Source: Patescibacteria group bacterium (GTDB lineage: Bacteria > Patescibacteriota > Patescibacteriia > UBA9570). Taken from it: DNA of 64,000 nucleotides. Shown piece after piece: positions 37,208-46,730 of the stretch (its first letter is position 1; every line of letters begins with the position of its first letter). The position numbers were made by a program, and so were the translations under genes. The stretch is from assembly GCA_041665365.1 (NCBI GenBank), contig JBAYIY010000005.1, positions 5,946-69,945 on the forward strand. Reading direction: 5' to 3'. The notes beneath the pieces are model-generated. The model did no database searches, was not told the origin of the DNA, and worked only from the letters and a program-made list of their open reading frames with translations.

Positions 37208-38188
37208 GAAGGAATTTAGTATACCTTGCTCCACCAAAAACGCAATTAGAACATAGAGCCCGTAGGCACTCAAAAACATTACCCCAAACCCTTTGCTCAG
37301 ACGTTGTCCCCTATACATTAATCCAGCTAGTAAAAGTGTTAGTAGTAAAACCAATGGCAAGTCAAACTTCCAGAAGCTAGCAGCAACCGTAATCGGCGCT
37401 ATACAGATAGTAACACCTAAGACAATCAAAATATTGAGAATATTACTACCGACCACATTGCCAATCACTAAATCATTTGACTTTCGTAGTGAAGCAGTAA
37501 TGCCGGTGACAATTTCTGGTAACGATGTACCAACTGCCACAATGGTAATGCCAATAAATAATTCGCTCAACTGAAATAATCGTGCCAACACAATGGCATT
37601 GGTCACAACCATCCGTGCACCAACAAATAACAAGGCTAAGCCGGCCAGCAATGCTGCTACTGATACTACTAAATCTTTCCGCTGCCGAATGGCTATGTTG
37701 GTTGCTATATCGTCTCGTTCAATGCCATTATTTTGGCTGTGGTAACGTACGGCTATCCAAGTAAACCCTACTCCACATGCCACCAATATCACCCCATCAA
37801 CGCGACTCAAATAGCCATCAATCACCATAAGATAAAGCAACCCTATGGAACAGAGCAAACCAAATAATTCTAACCGTGACTTTTTAGCTAAACCTAGATT
37901 GATGGGATAAATCAGTATGCTTAGCCCCAGCACGATCCCAATATTCGCCACGTTACTACCCAAAACATTACCAAGTACAATATCGTTTTTCTGCTCGAGG
38001 CCCGCAATAATACCAACGACTAATTCTGGTAAGGACGTTCCCAGGGCTACAATGGTTAAACCAATAATAATCAATGGGACTCGCCAGTAACGCGCTAACG
38101 CGGAACTATGATCCAAGAACAGAGTTGAACCTTTATAGAGAATAAACATCCCTACTGCGCCAAGTACAATTGGGATCACATACGCCAT
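37196..38188 (-). CDS. Ca2+/cation antiporter (CaCA/YrbG family)
   Basis: Duplicated alpha-repeat motifs GNVLGSNVANIGIVLG and GNVVGSNILNILIVLG. The start is moved to the internal Met (MAYVIPIV) to avoid a 95-nt overlap with the secA 3' end. Confidence 0.75.
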   Translation of the reverse strand: MAYVIPIVLGAVGMFILYKGSTLFLDHSSALARYWRVPLIIIGLTIVALGTSLPELVVGIIAGLEQKNDIVLGNVLGSNVANIGIVLGLSILIYPINLGLAKKSRLELFGLLCSIGLLYLMVIDGYLSRVDGVILVACGVGFTWIAVRYHSQNNGIERDDIATNIAIRQRKDLVVSVAALLAGLALLFVGARMVVTNAIVLARLFQLSELFIGITIVAVGTSLPEIVTGITASLRKSNDLVIGNVVGSNILNILIVLGVTICIAPITVAASFWKFDLPLVLLLTLLLAGLMYRGQRLSKGFGVMFLSAYGLYVLIAFLVEQGILNSFPLR

Positions 38189-38210
38189 GTTGAGTAGTAT
38201 AGCAAAAAAA

Positions 38211-40844
38211 CTATTGACCGTGGCACTTCTTATACTTCTTCCCACTGCCACACGGGCAAGGATCATTGCGGCCAACTTTGGCGGGTTCGACATTTTCGTC
38301 ACCACCCATGAGTTTTTGGGGTTGTTTTTGGGCGGGCTCGGGAGCTAGTTTTTTCACATCGGCCATTTTGTAGATACTATACACCACTTGTTTTTGAATG
38401 TTAGCAATCAATTCAGTGAACATGCCGTAAGCCTCATTTTTATATTCTACCAACGGATCTTTTTGGCCATAACCACGCAAGCCAATTCCTTCACGCAAAT
38501 AGGACATTTGATCGAGATGCTCAATCCATAAAGTATCAATGGCGCGCAAATAGAAGCCTCGTTCGATTTGATATACTAAGTTAGTATCGGCGACATCTTC
38601 AATCATTTTAGCATAACGCTCACGGGCTAAATTCATGAGATATTCCACAATATGGGTTCTGGCTTCAACATCGTGTAACTTATCACCACCTTGGGCTTTA
38701 ATGTCTTCTAACTTTTTTCGTTGTTCAGCGGCTACTGGAAAAATAGAATTGACGGTTTCATATATTTCCTGAATATCCCACTGTTTATCTTTTTCCTGAT
38801 TGGTATGAAAAGACACGACATACTCAATTTCGTTTTCAACTAACTCCATGATTAACTTATTCACTTCATTCGGTTGCACCGCTAAGATTTCATTGCGCTT
38901 GCGATAAATTACCTCACGATGCCGATTCATGACATCATCATATTTCACCAAATGTTCGCGGATATCAAAGTTGTGTCCTTCCACTTTTTTCTGAGCCGTT
39001 TCAATCGAGCGCGATACAATGCGATTTTCAATCGGCATATCCTCCGGCCAGTTTAAACTATTCATCAAACCTTTCACTCGATCGGTGGCAAAAATTCTCA
39101 TTAGGTCATCTTCCATGGAGACAAAAAACTGGGAAATACCCGGATCCCCTTGCCGGCCAGACCGACCACGCAATTGATTGTCAATCCGACGCGCTTCATG
39201 CCGTTCCGTACCGACTACCACTAACCCACCGACCGCGCGCACCGCTTCCGCTTCGGCGGCATCTTGCGGATTACCACCTAAAATAATATCCACACCGCGG
39301 CCAGCCATGTTGGTAGCCAAGGTCACTGCCCCCTTCTTACCGGCTTGAGCAATAATCTCAGCTTCACGTTCATGCTGTTTCGCATTTAAGACTTGGTGTG
39401 GTACACCGGCATTAAAAAGTAGTTTAGACAGTAATTCATTTTTTTCAATCGAGATAGTACCAATTAATACTGGATTACCAGCCTCATGATATTGGCGCAC
39501 TTTTTCCACCACGGCAGCCATCTTTCCTTTCTCATTACGAAAAATGGCATCGGGTGAATCTTTCCGCACTAGTGGCATGTTGGTGGGAATCACCACCACA
39601 TCGAGTTTATAAATTTTATAGAATTCTTCTTTCTCAGTTTCAGCGGTACCGGTCATACCAGATAATTTAGTATACAACCGAAATAAATTCTGGAAAGTAA
39701 TGGTGGCCAATGTACGCGATTCACGTTTGATTTCAATGCGTTCTTTGGCTTCTATGGCTTGATGTAAACCTTCACTGTAGCGTCGGCCGGGCATTAAACG
39801 GCCGGTGAATTCATCGACAATAATCACTTCATTCTCTTTTACTACATAATCACGATCGCGCTTAAATAAAGCAAAGGCTTTTAAGGCTTGTTCAATATGA
39901 TGCACTGTCGTCACACCACCACTTTCATAAATATTCCCAACTCCTAACCAATCTTCCATCTTAGCAATGCCACCAGCGGTCAGTGTAGTGACACGCATTT
40001 TTTCATCGACATTATAATCTTCATTTTCCACTAATTTTTCGACTAATTGCGCAAACCGGAAATATTGATCGGTCGCGGCTTCGGCTTCACCGGAAATAAT
40101 CAATGGTGTGCGGGCTTCATCAATTAAAATACTATCCACTTCATCGACGATAGCATAAGCTAAACCACGTTGCGTTTTGCGCTCGTTACTTGTCACCATG
40201 TTGTCCCGCAGATAATCAAAGCCAAACTCATTGTTGGTACCATAAACAATATCCACTTGATAAGCCTCACGGCGTGAGACTGGTTTTAAATTCGACATGT
40301 CTACTTTAAAAGACGCAGTTTTATCTACTTCATTTTCTTCAGTAGTTGGATCAAATTTAAATGACACCATTTGGTGTTGAATGCAACTGACCGATAAACC
40401 TAACCAGTGATACAGTTGCCCCATCCAATCGGCATCTCGTTTGGCTAAATAATCATTCACTGTAACCACGTGCACGCCTTGGCCAGATAAGGCATTCAAA
40501 TACACTGCCGCTGTAGCCGTTAAAGTTTTACCTTCACCGGTTTTCATTTCGGCAATCATACCGCGATGCAACACCACTGCCCCAATTAACTGCACCGTAT
40601 AATGACGTTGCCCCAACACCCGTTTGGCGGCTTCACGCACAACTGCAAAAGCATCAGGCAAAATATTATCTAATGTTTCACCTTTGGTTAAACGCTCTTT
40701 AAGTTTTCCAGTTTGACTTTGCAACTCAGCATCAGACATGGCTTGATAAGCCGCCTCCAACTGATCGACTTGATCAATGATGGGCTGAATGCCTTTGACG
40801 ATTTTTTTACTTTCGTCGCCAAACCATTTATCGAGAAAATTCAT
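38211..40844 (-). CDS. secA: preprotein translocase ATPase SecA
   Basis: 877 aa. N-terminal MNFLDKWFGD, DEAD-motor motifs (LRGRSGRQGDPG) and a C-terminal zinc-binding tail CPCGSGKKYKKCHG. Confidence 0.95.
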   Translation of the reverse strand: MNFLDKWFGDESKKIVKGIQPIIDQVDQLEAAYQAMSDAELQSQTGKLKERLTKGETLDNILPDAFAVVREAAKRVLGQRHYTVQLIGAVVLHRGMIAEMKTGEGKTLTATAAVYLNALSGQGVHVVTVNDYLAKRDADWMGQLYHWLGLSVSCIQHQMVSFKFDPTTEENEVDKTASFKVDMSNLKPVSRREAYQVDIVYGTNNEFGFDYLRDNMVTSNERKTQRGLAYAIVDEVDSILIDEARTPLIISGEAEAATDQYFRFAQLVEKLVENEDYNVDEKMRVTTLTAGGIAKMEDWLGVGNIYESGGVTTVHHIEQALKAFALFKRDRDYVVKENEVIIVDEFTGRLMPGRRYSEGLHQAIEAKERIEIKRESRTLATITFQNLFRLYTKLSGMTGTAETEKEEFYKIYKLDVVVIPTNMPLVRKDSPDAIFRNEKGKMAAVVEKVRQYHEAGNPVLIGTISIEKNELLSKLLFNAGVPHQVLNAKQHEREAEIIAQAGKKGAVTLATNMAGRGVDIILGGNPQDAAEAEAVRAVGGLVVVGTERHEARRIDNQLRGRSGRQGDPGISQFFVSMEDDLMRIFATDRVKGLMNSLNWPEDMPIENRIVSRSIETAQKKVEGHNFDIREHLVKYDDVMNRHREVIYRKRNEILAVQPNEVNKLIMELVENEIEYVVSFHTNQEKDKQWDIQEIYETVNSIFPVAAEQRKKLEDIKAQGGDKLHDVEARTHIVEYLMNLARERYAKMIEDVADTNLVYQIERGFYLRAIDTLWIEHLDQMSYLREGIGLRGYGQKDPLVEYKNEAYGMFTELIANIQKQVVYSIYKMADVKKLAPEPAQKQPQKLMGGDENVEPAKVGRNDPCPCGSGKKYKKCHGQ

Positions 40845-40850
40845 ACTCCG

Positions 40851-41195
40851 TTACACCGCCGACTTGCGGTCGCGACTTTCAGCATTAGCTCGACGATGTT
40901 TTGTTTCTAATTTATTTTTTAAGTCACGTAATTGTCGTTCCATTTCATCCTTCACAATATCAATCGCCGCATACATCGTAGCCGCGACTTCCTCAGTAAA
41001 AAGCACCTCATGCCCAACATGAAATTGAGCCGTGGCTTTAAACTCTTCCTTATGTTGCTCGCGCACATCCTCAAGGGTGACGCGAATTTCAGTGATAGAC
41101 TCATTAAATTTCGCTAAACCACCGATTTTGGTATCGACATATTGCTTGAGAGCCTCGGTCAGCTCAATGTTTTTGCCGGATAGTTGGATATTCAT
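40851..41195 (-). CDS. hpf: ribosome hibernation promoting factor (HPF/RaiA)
   Basis: 114 aa. MNIQLSGKNIELTEALKQYVDTKIGGLAKF is typical of the HPF/YfiA family. Confidence 0.8.
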   Translation of the reverse strand: MNIQLSGKNIELTEALKQYVDTKIGGLAKFNESITEIRVTLEDVREQHKEEFKATAQFHVGHEVLFTEEVAATMYAAIDIVKDEMERQLRDLKNKLETKHRRANAESRDRKSAV

Positions 41196-41213
41196 AGTGG
41201 GGGTAGTATAACA

Positions 41214-42068
41214 CTAGAACCCAATATATTCAATCTCCTCCATTAACTGCACGCCGGTTTTATCGCGGACTTGTTGTTTAATATATGAAATCAGCTGCAC
41301 CACTTGATCAGCGGTGGCATGACCAACATTTAATATAAAATTGGCGTGGGTGTTAGATACCATGGCATCGCCGATTTTGTAACCTTTTAAACCCAACTCA
41401 TCAATTAACTGAGCGGCGGTTTTATCGCCAGGTGGATTGCGGAAAGTACAGCCAGCCGTATCCTCGCCCACATTTTGCTCCAGCTTTTTCTGATTAGCTA
41501 AACCAATCATGGTTTTACGTAACGCCATCGGGTCACCCGGTTGTAACTGGAAAGTAGCATCGAGCACCACTAAGGGTTGATGTTTAAAAATACTATCGCG
41601 ATATTGAAAAGCACAGTCAGCTTTAGTGTAAGTAGCTATTCTCCCTTCATAATCTGTGACCGTACAGGTTTTTAATACTTGAGAAATATCTGAGCCGCGA
41701 CAACCAAGATTCGCCCACACGGCTCCACCGACTGAGGCGGGCACACCTGTGGCAAATTCCAAACCGGCTAAACCCTGACCAACGGCGGTACGAATCACCG
41801 CACTAAGTGGTAATCCGGCTCCGGCTTTAACATAATTATCATTGACAGAAATTCCACCAATATCTACTTTAATCACTAACCCGGCAAAACCATGATCATG
41901 CACTAATACATTACTTCCCCCACCTAACACAAACACCGGCCACTGTTTAGTTTCGGCTTCCTTTAAGGCTGATAATAATTCAGCCGTATTTTTTACCCGC
42001 ACAAAAAACTTGGCCGAACCACCAATTTTTAAAGTGGTAAAAGCGGCTAAGCTGACGTTGTCTTGCAT
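41214..42068 (-). CDS. murB: UDP-N-acetylenolpyruvoylglucosamine reductase
   Basis: 284 aa with the FAD-binding N-terminus (FTTLKIGGSAKFF...VLGGGSNVL) and MurB C-terminal blocks. Confidence 0.85.
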   Translation of the reverse strand: MQDNVSLAAFTTLKIGGSAKFFVRVKNTAELLSALKEAETKQWPVFVLGGGSNVLVHDHGFAGLVIKVDIGGISVNDNYVKAGAGLPLSAVIRTAVGQGLAGLEFATGVPASVGGAVWANLGCRGSDISQVLKTCTVTDYEGRIATYTKADCAFQYRDSIFKHQPLVVLDATFQLQPGDPMALRKTMIGLANQKKLEQNVGEDTAGCTFRNPPGDKTAAQLIDELGLKGYKIGDAMVSNTHANFILNVGHATADQVVQLISYIKQQVRDKTGVQLMEEIEYIGF

Positions 42069-43423
42069 AAGGTATCGGCCACTTCATAAACATCCCCTGC
42101 CCCCACGATCAACACAACATCTTTCGCTTCAACATGCTCGGCCAACAAATGTTCCGTAGCCAAATTATCTTTCGAATATAAAACCATTTTGCCGCGTTGT
42201 TCAATGGCGGTGACTAAATCATGTGAGGATACAGCTTGATCAGAACTGGCTTCACGCCCGGCCACATCGTAAATTTCTTGCATGATAATCAAATCAGCTA
42301 GATCAAACGCTTCAGCAAAACCTTTAAATAATCTTTTTGTACGATTATGTTGATGGGGTTGAAACACAATTACGATGCGTCGATTTGGATACCACTCTTT
42401 AGTGGCTTTTAACGTACTAGTCAGTGCCGTAGGATGATGAGCATAATCTGAAATGACATCGGCTCCCCGATATTGCCCAACTAATTCAAACCGCCGCCAG
42501 GTACCGGTGAATTGATCTAACCCAGCTTGAATGGTTTTAGCATCAATCCCCAAATGTCGAGCATAAGCAATGACAGCTAGAGCATTGTAGATATTAAAAT
42601 CCCCCGGCACGTGAATGGTATAATGTGCTCCATCAACCGAAAAGGTTTGTTGGTGACCAGATTTGGTAATATCTTTAGCCATATAATCGGCTGACTCTTT
42701 GATACCAAATGATACTACTGTGCCATCGAAACCTAACTCTTTACTTTCAGAATCATCGGCGTTACGCACATACACACCGTCACTAGGTAGTTTATCCAGA
42801 TAACTTTGAAAGGTGGCTTGAATATGATCGAGATCGCGATAATAATCCAAATGATCTTCTTCAATATTTGTAATGATGATGGCATTCGGACTTAACTCCA
42901 ACATGTGCGCCCGATATTCACACGCTTCCACCACAATCGTGCCATGATCTTTACCCACGCGCACATTGCTCCCTAAAGATTTTATTGTACTACCCACAAT
43001 CGCAGTGGGATCGTAACCCGCGGCCGTTAAAACTAGTGTCAGTAAAGCCGTTGTGGTGGTTTTACCGTGTGTGCCAGACACAGTCACACGATGATTATAG
43101 GCTGACATTAAATCTCCCACGGCTGCAAAATAAGTTTGAGTTTTATGTTCCAATTTCTTTTCAATGATTATAGCTCGTTCTGGATTAGTGGTTGGCACTG
43201 CATCAGAATAAATGTATAAGTCTGCATCTAACGGCACATGATCAGCTGATTGAGGAATAAGCACTGTAATTCCTTCGGCCTTTAAACCATCTATCACGGC
43301 ACCGCCGGCACCATCGGAACCAGACACGGATTTACCGAGTTGATGGGTGATGCGCGCCAAACCAGATACGCCGGCTCCACCGATGCCAATATAATAGATT
43401 TTTTTCGCTTGATTGATTTTCAT
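42047..43423 (-). CDS. murC: UDP-N-acetylmuramate--L-alanine ligase
   Basis: 458 aa. N-terminal IYYIGIGGAGVSGLARI, Mur ligase P-loop VSGTHGKTTTTALL and C-terminal domain blocks. Confidence 0.85.
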   Translation of the reverse strand: MKINQAKKIYYIGIGGAGVSGLARITHQLGKSVSGSDGAGGAVIDGLKAEGITVLIPQSADHVPLDADLYIYSDAVPTTNPERAIIIEKKLEHKTQTYFAAVGDLMSAYNHRVTVSGTHGKTTTTALLTLVLTAAGYDPTAIVGSTIKSLGSNVRVGKDHGTIVVEACEYRAHMLELSPNAIIITNIEEDHLDYYRDLDHIQATFQSYLDKLPSDGVYVRNADDSESKELGFDGTVVSFGIKESADYMAKDITKSGHQQTFSVDGAHYTIHVPGDFNIYNALAVIAYARHLGIDAKTIQAGLDQFTGTWRRFELVGQYRGADVISDYAHHPTALTSTLKATKEWYPNRRIVIVFQPHQHNRTKRLFKGFAEAFDLADLIIMQEIYDVAGREASSDQAVSSHDLVTAIEQRGKMVLYSKDNLATEHLLAEHVEAKDVVLIVGAGDVYEVADTLCKTTSA

Positions 43424-43437
43424 AGTCCTCCTCTATT

Positions 43438-44574
43438 CTATAGTAGTGGCAGTATTTTGCCAATCAAATAGAGTGAACCAGTAACGATACCAACATCCTG
43501 TTTGGTTAATTTTTTCTTGAAGTATTTAAACGCAGCGGTTGAATCGGTTAATTTTTTGATCTTAATAGTTTTATCCAATTTTTTTACGGCTTTTTCTAAT
43601 TGCGTTAAAGAATAACTATTGGGAAAAGTAGTGAGAATTATTTCATCAACTAATGATAATAATGGTTTTAATGTATTGATTAGATCTTTGGTTGATTTAA
43701 TACTACATAAACAAATAACGGTTTTATCTTTTAATGGTACTAGTTGTTTTAATGAGTGCGTAAACGCCGACATTTTTTGTGGATTATGTGCACCGTCTAA
43801 AATAATTAATGGTTTACGATTAACTACTTCAAACCGCCCACGTGACTGCACGGTTTTTAGACCATAACGAATGGCGGCACTACCGATACCCAAACGTTGC
43901 ACGGCTTCAATGGCTAAAATGGCATTGCGAATTTGATAGTGACCAACCCAATTAAGCTGCACATCCTTTAAATGTTTATAATCAAACACACTACCGGTTA
44001 AATCAGCTTGTTTAAGTTTGAATTTTGATAAATCAATGTAGGTGCCACGTTTAATAAACGTTGAACCAGTTAGGCCAATACACCCAGGTTTAATAATGTC
44101 TTGTTTATCACGAGCAATGATTTGTTTTGTCTTACCTAATATGTCCATGTGATCCAAACCAATATCAGTCACTATGGCCACAGTGGGTTGTACTATATTG
44201 GTGGCATCGAATTTTCCACCGATCCCAACTTCGATCACAGCGTAATCCACCTGACGATCGGCAAAATATGACAACGCTGCTAAGGTATATTGTTCAAACT
44301 CAGTTAAATTAACATCGACTGGCGGTACTAGTTTACGAATCGGTTTACCATTTACCGTGATGCGTTCTGTCTCCGTCACCAAGGCCGGTGAAGTAAACAA
44401 TCCCACATTATAGCCCGCTGCTTGTAAAATACTCGCAATCATGGCACAGGTGGAACCTTTGCCTGATGTCCCACCGACATGAATCACTTTATATTTACGC
44501 TCCGGATGCCCAAACCGTTCGACAGCGGCTTGCATGCGCTCGAGTTGATAATTAACGGTGAGTTGGTTATCCAT
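43438..44574 (-). CDS. Mur ligase family protein, FolC-like (folylpolyglutamate synthase-like)
   Basis: 378 aa. The P-loop HVGGTSGKGST matches FolC's GTNGKGS better than MurD/E/F. It sits between murG and murC. Confidence 0.55.
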   Translation of the reverse strand: MDNQLTVNYQLERMQAAVERFGHPERKYKVIHVGGTSGKGSTCAMIASILQAAGYNVGLFTSPALVTETERITVNGKPIRKLVPPVDVNLTEFEQYTLAALSYFADRQVDYAVIEVGIGGKFDATNIVQPTVAIVTDIGLDHMDILGKTKQIIARDKQDIIKPGCIGLTGSTFIKRGTYIDLSKFKLKQADLTGSVFDYKHLKDVQLNWVGHYQIRNAILAIEAVQRLGIGSAAIRYGLKTVQSRGRFEVVNRKPLIILDGAHNPQKMSAFTHSLKQLVPLKDKTVICLCSIKSTKDLINTLKPLLSLVDEIILTTFPNSYSLTQLEKAVKKLDKTIKIKKLTDSTAAFKYFKKKLTKQDVGIVTGSLYLIGKILPLL

Positions 44575-45565
44575 ATCTAGAAATCAACTGAACCAACCGT
44601 TGCTTCGCTCCGTTTGGTAGCACAGCAATAATATTTTTTCCTAACTGATCAAGTTTAGTTTGATCATGTAGTAGATTGGTAATTTCCTGAGTAAACCTTT
44701 CCGGTGTCAGTGTGGTTTGCTCCAACACCACCGCTGCATTATGTTTGGTAAATATTTTAGCATTATCTTCTTGATGTGAATTAGGTATTGGGATAATCAT
44801 AGTTGGTTTACCCAACTCCGCTAATTCAGAGAGTGTCCCCAACCCGGCACGACACACCACTAAATCAGCTTTATGTATGGCCTCATTAAACTCGTTGGTT
44901 AGTAAAGTATATGGGTGATAACGTGCATGATTAATGGTATGTATCATTTTACCTTCACCGGTAATATGAATCACGTTAACCTGGTTACATAGTTCTGTAG
45001 ACACTAAATCATTAATAAACTGTGCCCCTGTTCCCCCACCCATAATCAACACTGTTGGTACACTACTATCTAATTTAATTTCATTAGTGGTAACAGATAA
45101 ATCTCGCACCGGATTACCAATCGGCTCGACAGATAAAGGTGTTTCAGCAAAGGCTTTGGTTAATACTGTAGCAAATGGTTTCATCAGTTTAGTAGATAAA
45201 CTTAACCGCACATCTTGCTGGTGCACCACCACTGGAACATTGCACCACCAAGCCGCCCACACTAATGGTACAGACACAAACCCACCGGCCGAAACAACGA
45301 CAGTTGGATTATATCTCATGATGTAATACCAACTTTGCCAGAACGCCAATATAATAATAAACGGATCAATAATATTTCGTATAGAAAAATACCGCCGTAA
45401 TTTTCCAGATAATAACGGCAGATAAACCAGGTCGGTCACTAATTGTCTTTCTACTCCTTGATACGTGCCGACAAAAAATAACTCATGCTTTCGCAACTGC
45501 TCAGCGACAGCGAGTAACGGTGTGACTGATCCGGCGGTACCACCACCACTAAACATTATGCGCAT
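44567..45565 (-). CDS. murG: UDP-N-acetylglucosamine--N-acetylmuramyl-(pentapeptide) pyrophosphoryl-undecaprenol GlcNAc transferase
   Basis: 332 aa. N-terminal MRIMFSGGGTAGSVTPLLAV (MurG G-loop) and a C-terminal GT-B domain. Confidence 0.85.
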   Translation of the reverse strand: MRIMFSGGGTAGSVTPLLAVAEQLRKHELFFVGTYQGVERQLVTDLVYLPLLSGKLRRYFSIRNIIDPFIIILAFWQSWYYIMRYNPTVVVSAGGFVSVPLVWAAWWCNVPVVVHQQDVRLSLSTKLMKPFATVLTKAFAETPLSVEPIGNPVRDLSVTTNEIKLDSSVPTVLIMGGGTGAQFINDLVSTELCNQVNVIHITGEGKMIHTINHARYHPYTLLTNEFNEAIHKADLVVCRAGLGTLSELAELGKPTMIIPIPNSHQEDNAKIFTKHNAAVVLEQTTLTPERFTQEITNLLHDQTKLDQLGKNIIAVLPNGAKQRLVQLISRYG

Positions 45566-45566
45566 A

Positions 45567-46730
45567 TTAACGTTGTAAAGATGTTTGTCTGGAAATATTT
45601 ATTAGAATGCCTACCGCGGCTAGAATTGTGGCCATAGATGTACTGCCATAACTGATTAATGGTAAAGGGATGCCGGTTAATGGTAATAAAGACAACATGG
45701 CCATCATGTTAACCACCGCTTGAAATGAAATCCAAGTCACCACACCGGTGGCCACAATTTTTCCAAAACTGTCCGGAGCATGTTTGGCCACCTGCACGCC
45801 CTGCCACATAATCGCCATAAACAAAGCCACCACACTGACTGTAATAATAAAACCCATTTCTTCAGCCACGACCGCAAAAATAGAATCAGTTGCTACTTCA
45901 GGTAAATAATTAAACTTTTGCCGGGAATGGCCTAAACCTAAACCAAACATTCCACCTGATCCAATCGCCAATAAGGCCTGATTGATATGAAAACCAATGC
46001 CCAATGGATCTAAATCTGGATGCAGAAAGACCGACAAACGTTCGGCGCGATAAACAAAAGAAGACATAAATAATGGCAGTACTTTAACCATAACAAAAAA
46101 TGTGGCACCGGCCGCGGCAAAAATAATCCCCAAGTGTTTCCAGGGCGCCCCGGCCACGTAATATGACACAATCGCAATCACCGCAATGACTACCATCGTG
46201 CCCAGATCTTTTTGCAGGCCGGCAATGATTAATACCATAAAACTAACCATGACCATAAATGGCATGAAACCAGTGCTAAAATCATGAATCGCTTGGCTTT
46301 TTTCTCTTGCTTCTAGCCAAACACCTAAGTACAATAAAAAAGTTAACTTAATAACTTCTGACGGTTGAAATAAAATGCCGCCTAAATCAATCCAGCGCCG
46401 TGCTCCTAATAATTCAACACCCACACCCGGAATTAGAACCGCTAACAACAGTACAATATTCAAAAGAATTAATGGAAAGGCCAATTTTTTCCAAATGTGA
46501 TAATCCAAGCGTGAAAAAGCCCACAACGCCGGTAACCCAAGCAACACACCATAGAGTAATTGTCGTTTTACAAAATAATATGGATCACCATGGCTACCAA
46601 AACCGTCTGGCGCACTGGCCGACGACAACATAATTAAACCAAAAATCAACACAATGAAGATTAATCCCACTAAGGTGTAATTAGGATTATGGAAAAAAGC
46701 AGCGGCGCGGGATTTTACACTGTGCTTCAT
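45567..46730 (-). CDS. ftsW: SEDS-family peptidoglycan glycosyltransferase FtsW/RodA
   Basis: 387 aa with 10 TM helices and SEDS blocks. Lies upstream of murG in the dcw-like order. Confidence 0.8.
   Translation of the reverse strand: MKHSVKSRAAAFFHNPNYTLVGLIFIVLIFGLIMLSSASAPDGFGSHGDPYYFVKRQLLYGVLLGLPALWAFSRLDYHIWKKLAFPLILLNIVLLLAVLIPGVGVELLGARRWIDLGGILFQPSEVIKLTFLLYLGVWLEAREKSQAIHDFSTGFMPFMVMVSFMVLIIAGLQKDLGTMVVIAVIAIVSYYVAGAPWKHLGIIFAAAGATFFVMVKVLPLFMSSFVYRAERLSVFLHPDLDPLGIGFHINQALLAIGSGGMFGLGLGHSRQKFNYLPEVATDSIFAVVAEEMGFIITVSVVALFMAIMWQGVQVAKHAPDSFGKIVATGVVTWISFQAVVNMMAMLSLLPLTGIPLPLISYGSTSMATILAAVGILINISRQTSLQR

Noticed and set aside
37196-38305. Antiporter ORF as drawn in the track, overlapping the secA 3' end by ~95 nt
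   Set aside because: A 95-nt same-strand overlap is implausible. An internal Met (MAYVIPIV) at 38188 gives a non-overlapping gene that starts with the first TM helix.
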